Positions 11,601 to 20,600 of a stretch of DNA of 64,000 nucleotides are shown piece after piece. The DNA is from a virus (lineage: Duplodnaviria > Caudoviricetes). Below the pieces are notes generated by a model. That model did no database searches. It saw only the letters and a program-made list of their open reading frames with translations, and was not told the origin of the DNA. The stretch's first letter is position 1, and every line of letters begins with the position of its first letter. A program made the position numbers and the translations under genes. The stretch spans positions 131,040-195,039 of the IMG/VR virus record IMGVR_UViG_2510065010_000001. The stretch is one strand, 5' to 3'.

Positions 11601-14600
11601 GAGGTTACTAAAATTGTTCGTCAACAGATGCAACGGGTCGTACTCAAAGGAACAGACCTAAACTTGTACAGAGCGTTTTACGGGGGTAGTAGTCGAAATG
11701 CGCCGTCTAATATCCGTGCCTACGTTGATGAAACCAAGTTGTTATTAGGACAAGCTTTAGATGAAGTATTAGACGAAGTTAATAAACTAGGTGACCTTAC
11801 AGCAGAATCTAGATACTTGCAGATCTTAAAATTAAACGCCCGGTTTGAGCAAAGTGAGGGGTTGCAGCGATTTTTAGGCAGATTGTCTGAACCGATTCGC
11901 GGCTCTTATGACTTGGATACAGACCGCCGCTCCTGGATGAAGTGGGTAGACCAGCAACTTTCAGGAGAAGATGCCAAGTCATCAGTACCGCAAGGAAAGG
12001 TTCAACGCTCTCTTGGAAACTTTGCATTTAATCAACCAGCGTTTACCCGTCCTTGGACTGAAGGGTTTCTTACTACAACTATAAAAGGTTTGAAAGGAGC
12101 CTCCATGCTGACAGGTGCTTGGGTTGCAACCGGGCGTTCCCTTTACGAAATATTTGAGTCGGGGGCAATTTTATTGGGGGGTTCTTCACAACCAATCTCA
12201 ACGAGGTTAGCGGCTGGTGAACAGATGACATCGGGTGCTTTGTACTGGGGGATTTCAGCCGGGATTGCTGGTGTGGCAGCGATGATCGGTTTAGGACCTC
12301 TGGGAGCAATCGCTTTAGGCATCGGTTCTTTAATTGGACTAGATCATCTTAAAGCAACCAGTACGCCACTTCGTCAACTAGAGCAGGGGTTAGTTAAATC
12401 AGTTGGTAGATTCTTAGCACAGCCTGTTGAGTCAGCAGCTAAACTAGCTGATTCATTTGGTTTAGGTTCATTCGTCAGAACCGCTGGTAATGCGATCGCA
12501 ACTCCAATAAGTTTCATCGCTTCAACCGTGTCTGCTCCATTTCGGTTTTTACTAGAGAACTTCGCAGCACCTTTTTTACAGGAACAGAATTTAAGTCTTT
12601 TCTCGGATTCACTTCCAGTACAAGTTGTAAAAACTTTGCTTTTACCTAGAAGTGTTTACACTCAGTTCGACTCGTATGAACCACGCTCTTCAACCCTTGC
12701 TGGGCGGGAACCTTTCGTTGGTGGGAACATTGCCCTTCATTTAAAACGGCAACAGACTGCAAACATTCAAAACGCCATATCTGCAAACACATTTATAGAT
12801 GAGACTACTGTTTATCCTTTGGCTATCGGTAGATTAAGCAGTTCTGGAGATAGGTTAACTGAGCAAAAGTATTTTGACTCATCAGCGGGTGGTCGAGTGC
12901 TTCAAGCTTTTGGTCCAGGTAACTATCGGATTAGTAATTCACTCCGGTTAGCCTTGCAGCGGCGACAAGCTATGTACCATGCAATGGTAACGGTTGCTGC
13001 TATAGCTAGACCACCTGAACCTGCTAACCTCTCAAGTTACAGCTTTTTACACGCTGCCTCTAGCACTTTATTAAAATTACAACTTGAAGATCTTAGCCAA
13101 CCTATCACTATTAAATTAAGTCAGCAGCTTTCTGACTCATTCATCACACTTAAGGGACTTTACAGTAAAGTCTCTGAAGCTTTATGGAAACCAGCAAACT
13201 GGTTACTAACTGTAGCAAACAGAGTGAAGTCTCGCTTATCTTATTTAGTTGAACCAATCACAAAGTTCAAGTTAGACTTCTCGTTTCTAAAAATTAATAA
13301 ACCTGATTTCAGGTTTAATGTACCCAAAGTAGGTGTACCTAACGCTCTTAAGTCAATCAGACTACCTAGTGTAGATTTTTCACGACTTACTGATAAAATA
13401 TTTGATTCTTTAGACTGGGCTTTAGACAAAATCTCAGATTTTAATCTTGGAAGTAAAGTCCCGTCTTACGATATTGGAAACTTTTTCCCTAACGGTTCTT
13501 TGCCATCGTTTAGTCGAGTTACCACAAAGTTATCTAGTACTTTTTCTTTAGTATCAGAAAAACTTGACCCAGTTATTAATCGCTTGAAGGTTGCTTTTTC
13601 TAATATTAGTGCAGCTAATCTACCTAATTTTACAACTCCCGATGTTAACGTATCTGGCATAGCAGACCCTCTTGAGAAAGTAGTTAAAACTGCTACTCGA
13701 AATGTTCAGAAGGCTATACCAAGAATTGGATTTGCATTATCAGATGCTTTAGCGTCTGTTCCAAAAGGTTTGTCCCCTGGACTATTTTTTGGTGGGTTAG
13801 ACTTTCTCTCAGCATTTTTAGCTGATGCGCGTTTGAAATCTTTGGATGAAGCAGACCCTTTTAAGGAGTTTCAGAGAGCTTATCAAGAAGCTGGAGCATC
13901 ATTTGTTGGATTCACTGTTGGGGGTTTTGTTGCAAGTTTAACTCGAAATCCCTTACTGAGTTTCGGGGCTTCTATTCTAGGTGGAATATTAGGATTAAAT
14001 ATTGGAGATTCACTTGCAAGGTCTGCCTACAAAAATCAGGAAGAAAATCCAGTACTTACTTATATTCAACAGTCGTTAACAACAGCTAGCGCAGTTACAT
14101 TAATCCAATTACCAAATCTTATTAAAAGTCGCTCAGTAGCTCGGACTGCTCTTCTTAATATCGGTTTGAGCTTTGCGACAGGTGGGCTTGGTCCGGTGAC
14201 TCAACTTTCAGCTGTACATAGTTTTTCCAACTTTATTAAGTCATTTCAGGAACAGCCAGGTAAGTTATCTACCTGGATAGCCAGAACAAAAGAGTTGATT
14301 CAAGATACTGCTGAAGCGTTTAAGTTTTGGAGTAGTGGCGAGGTTTCAGGTCAATACGTTAAAGCTACGAGATCGTTAAGTCGAAATATTCTTTTGGGCC
14401 TTGGTACGGAAGCTGACATTCCGTTGACCAGTGTTCGTACCCGTTCTTCTGGTAGTCGTTTCTCGATTGAAGGCAGCTATCAAAGTAAATACCGCTCTAT
14501 TCAACTGAGTAAGGCAACGGCAAGAGTTTTAGGAAGAGAAGCTGTTGGACGTAGGGTACGCCCCACTGATTTAGCTGAAGCTCGGTTCACACTGCTGCAC

Positions 14601-17600
14601 GAAGCTTCTCATGCTTTAGATGACTTGGGTCAAAAACAGCGTTTAACTTTGGATGATTTAGACCAGTTTATTTATTCACACGCCACAACTCGGTCAAATG
14701 TTCAAGAACTTAAGGACTTGCTAACTAGATCTAGTCAATCATCCACTGTCGCTTTGTATCAGAGGTTTTCCGGTGATGTAAACGCTAGCTTTTTGCAGCA
14801 GGTTTACAGTGATGAGTTATCTGCCAATGTTCGAGCGTTAGATGAATATATCAAGCGTTATCCCGGTCAGGTAGATGACTTGCTAAAAGTCCTGCGTAGG
14901 ACTAGTAATGCAGGCATCACAGACAAATATGAATCAATTCTAGAGTTAATAAAAGATCGAACGAGTTTTGTTGATCCAGGTGTTCGATACAGACGTGCAG
15001 CTAGTAAAGCTTTTCGTGTAGAACGAGCAGTTTTAGGTGACGTACTAAATGCACCTAAAAGGTTTGTTAAAGGTTTCGTTTCTCATAAGTCTACTGCCCC
15101 ACTTATTAATTTACGGTTTGCTGGACAAGCGCCAGATATGTCTGGGTGGAACTTAGCAGTCCAAACTTTTAACGCTGATTTTTCTGACCTTCCAAAACCT
15201 GTTGGAAAAATTCTTGGAGGGGTAGCAAAAGGAATTGGTTCTTACAGAATGCTTCGTTCCGGTTCAAGCATTCTTGCAGCTTCTCTGAGAAATGTAGCAT
15301 TAACTACGCTTGGTTCACTTGAGAAAGTTATTAACCCTGCCTACGCTGCAACCTACAATCTAAACTCTAAAATGTCTGCTGGCGGGGTTAGTGCTATTGG
15401 ATTGGTTGATTCTGTATTTATAGGAGTTGATTTATTTCAAGGTATTCAGTCCAACGCTGACTATGCTGCTCTTAATAAAAAGCTAAGACAGAACCCGGCA
15501 CAAGTGCAGGCATTTAAGCGAGAGATTATTAAGCTACGAAATAGTCAATTAGGAGGATTTCTGGGAGCAACACTAGGCGCTGCTGCTGGTTTGATTTCGA
15601 AAAATCCTCTCTATGGATTTATCCTGGGAGGAGCTGCCGGACTTGTTGCACCTTTGGTTGGATTCTTTGGACTCTCAGCTTATTTAGGTCAACAGGATTT
15701 AGAGTATGCAGCTAACGGTCATGCTCTATATGACCCAATGCAGTCACCTTCAATTTACTTACGAGTTAATAAACAATTGCTAGCAGAGAAGGAAGCAACC
15801 ACAAGAGTGCTGCGTCCTTTAAGGTCTAGTATTAAAAAGTTTGTTTCTCAAACAATGCGGTTAGTTGGACGAGCTGTGTTTCAGGCAGCTAAGCTTGGCT
15901 ATAATGCTTTGTCGCATCTGACTGCACTGGGGGTTGCGGCTACCACAACAACGGCTGCATTTTTAGGCTCTTCTCTGGCACTTGCAATTCCAGTCTTAGG
16001 AAAGGCTTACAACTTACTAGAGTTTGGCGCAAAAGGATTTGGACGATTTGCCTACTCTCTTGGAAAACCGTTATTTCCAGTGGTTGCATACCCTATTCGG
16101 CAACTGGGTAAACTCACTAGAAAAGGTATAGCTTTAAGCGCGACGGTTGTTAACAAAGTGACAGAATTTACTACCAATCAGGTAGCTAAACTAGGCAGAT
16201 TCAGTCAGCAAATTCTTTCAAATGTTTGGTCGTCTGGAGTGTATGTTGCAAGTCAAGCTTTGCGTATGGCTTCAAAAGCTGAGAGCTACTTAGGAGAAGC
16301 TGCCGCTAAGTTATATCAATATATTCCTCAATTTTCTTACTGGTCGGATGACCTGTTTCTTCCAGCCTTAAAATTTGCAGGTAGTACTGCACTGAAAACT
16401 GCACAACTCTCGATGGCTGCTGGTCGGGCTGTATTAAGTTCTTCATTTAGCCTGGTTAAATCAACAGTCAAAGCTTTTACACAGACTGTTAGGTTTGCTT
16501 CCGAGAATTCTTACAAGCTAGCCAAACCTATTATTAATGCATCAATCCAAGGATTACAGCTAGGAGTATCAGCAGCTTTCGAAATTGCTCGTCCGATAGC
16601 TAGCTTAACTAATAATCTTTTACGCTCTTCTTTTTACTTAGGTTCTAGTGTTCTTAAAGCTGGCGTTCATACTGTCTCGCTTCTTGCTCGAACAGGTTTT
16701 AACGTTTTAAGTAAAGTAACACAAGCACTGGCACAGTCAGCTGGATCTGAACTGCTACGAATCGGGGGTGGTATCTATTCAGAGTTAGCTACGTTCGCAA
16801 AGTATATACCTGGTTATCTAAAAACAAAAGGTAGTTTGCTTCGTCAGCTTGGGCGGTCTGCGTCATCTCTAGTTAAAGCTACAGTCAATATAGGTTCAGC
16901 TATAGCTCTATCTGCGGGTAAAGCTTTAGTAAGAGGCTCTAGGTTTGCAGCATCGGTAATAGGTTCTTCTGCACAAGCACTATGGCAAACCACGCAACGA
17001 CTTACAGGTTTAAGGTCAGTTTTTCCATTTTTAACAAATTTGGCAATAGGTGCAACAAACCTGCTCTACAAGACGTTAGGAAAACCAGCGATCGCTGCGA
17101 CATCCCTTGCCTTAAAACTAGGTGGTAGAGTAATTACCACTTCAGCAAAAGCTGCATTCCACTTATTAAAAACTACTCATTTGCCGAAAGGGTTTGTCTC
17201 CAAGACTATTTCTGCACTTAGAGATATTGGAGAGTATGCTTCTATAACCACGATGAGTGCCGCTCGGTCTTTTATTAAAACTACAGGTGCCTATCTTCGG
17301 GAATCATCTAAACTTTTAAGCAATCTGGGTACTCTTACAGGACAGACAGCTAAATTCTTATTTGACTCTTCTGTAGCAACAACCAAAGCTGTAGCAACGT
17401 TTGGAAAGCACATAATTAACGGTACGGGTCAAGTAACGTCTTACGCTCTTAGATCAACACTTGCCGCCGCCCGGTTTGCTAAGTCAACTGTTAAAAGTGC
17501 CGGAAAGTTATTAGCGTTTGCAGGTAGTGTTACTAACCAACTGGTTGACCGAGGTATAAGACAACTTGTTAGATACACACCAGGTCTTGCCAAAACCATA

Positions 17601-20600
17601 TTAGCTCACGGATATAAAGAGACTTTCTTAAACGTTCTCAGCCCTGCTCTTGATCTTGCCACAGTTGGTGGAGGAGTCTTTAAGGCAGGACAACTTAATG
17701 CTTACAGCTCTCTTTCAGAAGTAGAAGAAGCTTACATCCAAGCAGGTGCAGGGCGTGGCAGTTTAGTAGGCTCTGTTTTTGGACTCTTTGCAATGGGTCC
17801 GTTAGGCGATGTGGCTGGGTCTTTGTTAGGACAGTTTATTGGGTCTGAGGCTGCTAAAGAACGTGCTCGACTTCGTTACGAAGCTAGAGATTACGGTATC
17901 GTCCCTATTCTGGAAGATTTCGTCGAACCTTTAACGAGAGATACCGTGCTGGCTGGATATGTAGGGAAACAAGTAGGTAAGATGGGCAGTGCTGCTGTGC
18001 AGTCTTACCTACAAAATTCCTTAGCAAAGATAGCCAGTGGAAAAGCTAATAAGCTCGATCGCATGGTTACAGCAGCGTCAGCTGCTTACCGACAAGGATT
18101 CCGCTCCCAAGTAGCACAAGCAACTGGTCGATTTAGTAGAGTGCTGGGTCATGCGCCAGGTGCAGCCTCTATTGGAAAACTAGTTGGTGGAACGTCTAAA
18201 GTTGTCACAAAAACTGCTGGAAAGATTCTTCAAATTCTCGGACCTGCAATAGACGTTACTCGGATAGGAGCTGGATATGTGCAATCTCAATCGGCACGAA
18301 CTGAGGCTGAGTACCAAGTTTCTGTTCGAAGAACATCTGGTGGATTAGGTTCTATCGCAGGAGGTTTAATAGGGGGTGCTTTAGGAGGACCGATCGGTGC
18401 AGTCGCAGGTAGTCTCTTAGGTGATTTCGTTCTTGATAAAGTTGGTGAGAATCTGGCACAAGAAGCATACATGCGTAATGTGAGCGCTGGAACAATCACT
18501 ACAGGGCAAATTGCAGGGGGTGTAATTGGTGCTGGAGTAGGGTTATTAGCTGGGGGGTTATTAGTCGGTGCTGGATTAGTGGCAGCAGTGGCGACAGCTC
18601 CTATTCTTTTAGCAGCAGCAGGTATTGGTCTTTTGGTAGGTGCTGTAGCAGGCGGATACGCTATGCTCACTGGTAAGAAAAAAGACGAATCAAAAACTCG
18701 CCTGGTTCAAGTAGCTCAACGTCGCCGCGCAAGATGGAATACACCTGATGCTCTAAATCAACCCATTAAAAAGCAAAGCATTATTAAACAAACTGATAAT
18801 GAAATACTCGATGTAACCAAACGTTCTAAAGAGCGCTTAGCAATTGCACAGTCTTATTTGAGTCCTACTCAGCAACCTGAGTCAGCTACTAACGTAATGA
18901 CTCAAGCTAAAACATCTAACCAGACACAGAGAGACCAGCAACGTCAATGGTGGTCTGGTGTTTATGAAGGAGTTGTTGCAGTCGGACGAAAAAGTATGGA
19001 GTTGGTTGAAGGAGTGCGATCGTACATCAAACGTACCTACTCTGATTTTCAAACGATTCTCTCTAAAGTGTCAGAGTTTAAGGCTTCACTGTTTAATAAA
19101 TCCCAAAAAACGTCTGCTAAAGAATCTTTACCAACTACACAAGTTGAAGTAAGCGACCCTACTGATACGTCTACGGTTACTGGTACACCAGTAACGGTTA
19201 AGGGAGGTGTGAAACTTAACGAGGCAGATGCTTACCGACTTGCAGCACTTGCAATCATGGAAGCTCCAACTCGGATGGGTCGTTTGGATGTTGCCCAAGC
19301 GGTTTTCAATAGAATAAACGCACCTAAAGTAGGAGCCGCTTCTTATGGTTCTAGTGTTACAGCAGTAGTGTTTGCGTCTGGACAGTTCGAACCGTATTTT
19401 GGTGTAAGTGCTTCTGAAATTAAGAATAGGTCTGATGCCGTCTCTATTCTTAAAAGAAAACGAGGGATGAGCAGTGCCCAAGCGAACCAGTTATTAAACC
19501 AGTTTTTTGCAGATGTGGCTGACCCCGCAAAGATGGCTCAAGCCAGAAAACATGTTGGAGGACGTACCGACTTTAAAGGTACAACCATGTATAGCAACAT
19601 GGTTAAAGGTGAGGACAAGCTACGAACTTATGGAGAGAATTTCTTCCACATTGGTTCGGGTCAAAGCTATAAACAGCTTGCAAAATTGGAACAGCTCGGA
19701 CCTTCTGTAATTGTTAAAGAAGGACAAGAGTTGCCTAAATCGGTTGCAGGTTCCTCTCCTCCACAAAATTTATCAGGAAGATTATCTGGCAAGGTAGTTC
19801 CGTTTAAGGGCATCATCGTTACTTCTGCAGTAGATGCTTCAGGTGAACCAGGTCTTGACTATGTTGTTGAGTCAGGTAAGCGTGGTGCTCAGTTTGGTTC
19901 CCTAACTTCTGGACAAGTTATTGAAGTAGTAGCTAATCAAAACTGGGAGTCACATTTAGAGCGAGGAGATACCCGTAGAGGTTATGGTAATCGGGTAATT
20001 GTTCGTAGTAAAGATTCAAAAACTGGAGAATTCGTAGACATCCTTTACGCCCACTTAGACCGTGTGAACGTGAAGAAAGGTCAGAGTGTTGTGGTAGGTA
20101 GCGTTCTAGGTACTCAAGGTAGAACTGGTTCGACAACAGGTGCTCACGTTTCAGTTGACTTTTATGCAAAAGATGCAAATCACGCTTCAAGAGCATCCAT
20201 AGCGATGCGCGACCGTTTAGCGCGTGAATTATCTAGAGGTGCCCCAAATCTTAATAAACAAGTGAAACAAACACAGCAAGCAGCCGCAACTCAGGCACCT
20301 GCTACTGTACCTACAACGGCTTCTACTATTTCTAAGTCTGCACCTACTGTTTCAACTGAACAAAATGGTCAAATTGTAACAACCTCAAAGCTGAATACTA
20401 CAAGACAATCAGCTACTACAAAGTCCGTTGATAAGATTGCATCTAGTACGCCAATTCGTATTCCCTCTGGTTTGAATGCTAGAGGAAAAAAAATGGCGCA
20501 ATACTTAGCAAATCCAAATGTTCGAGCGGTTTTAGACACGATCGCTTATGCAGAAGGGTTGTGGGGTAAACCCGGTGGTGGCTATGACTTAGGCTTTAAC

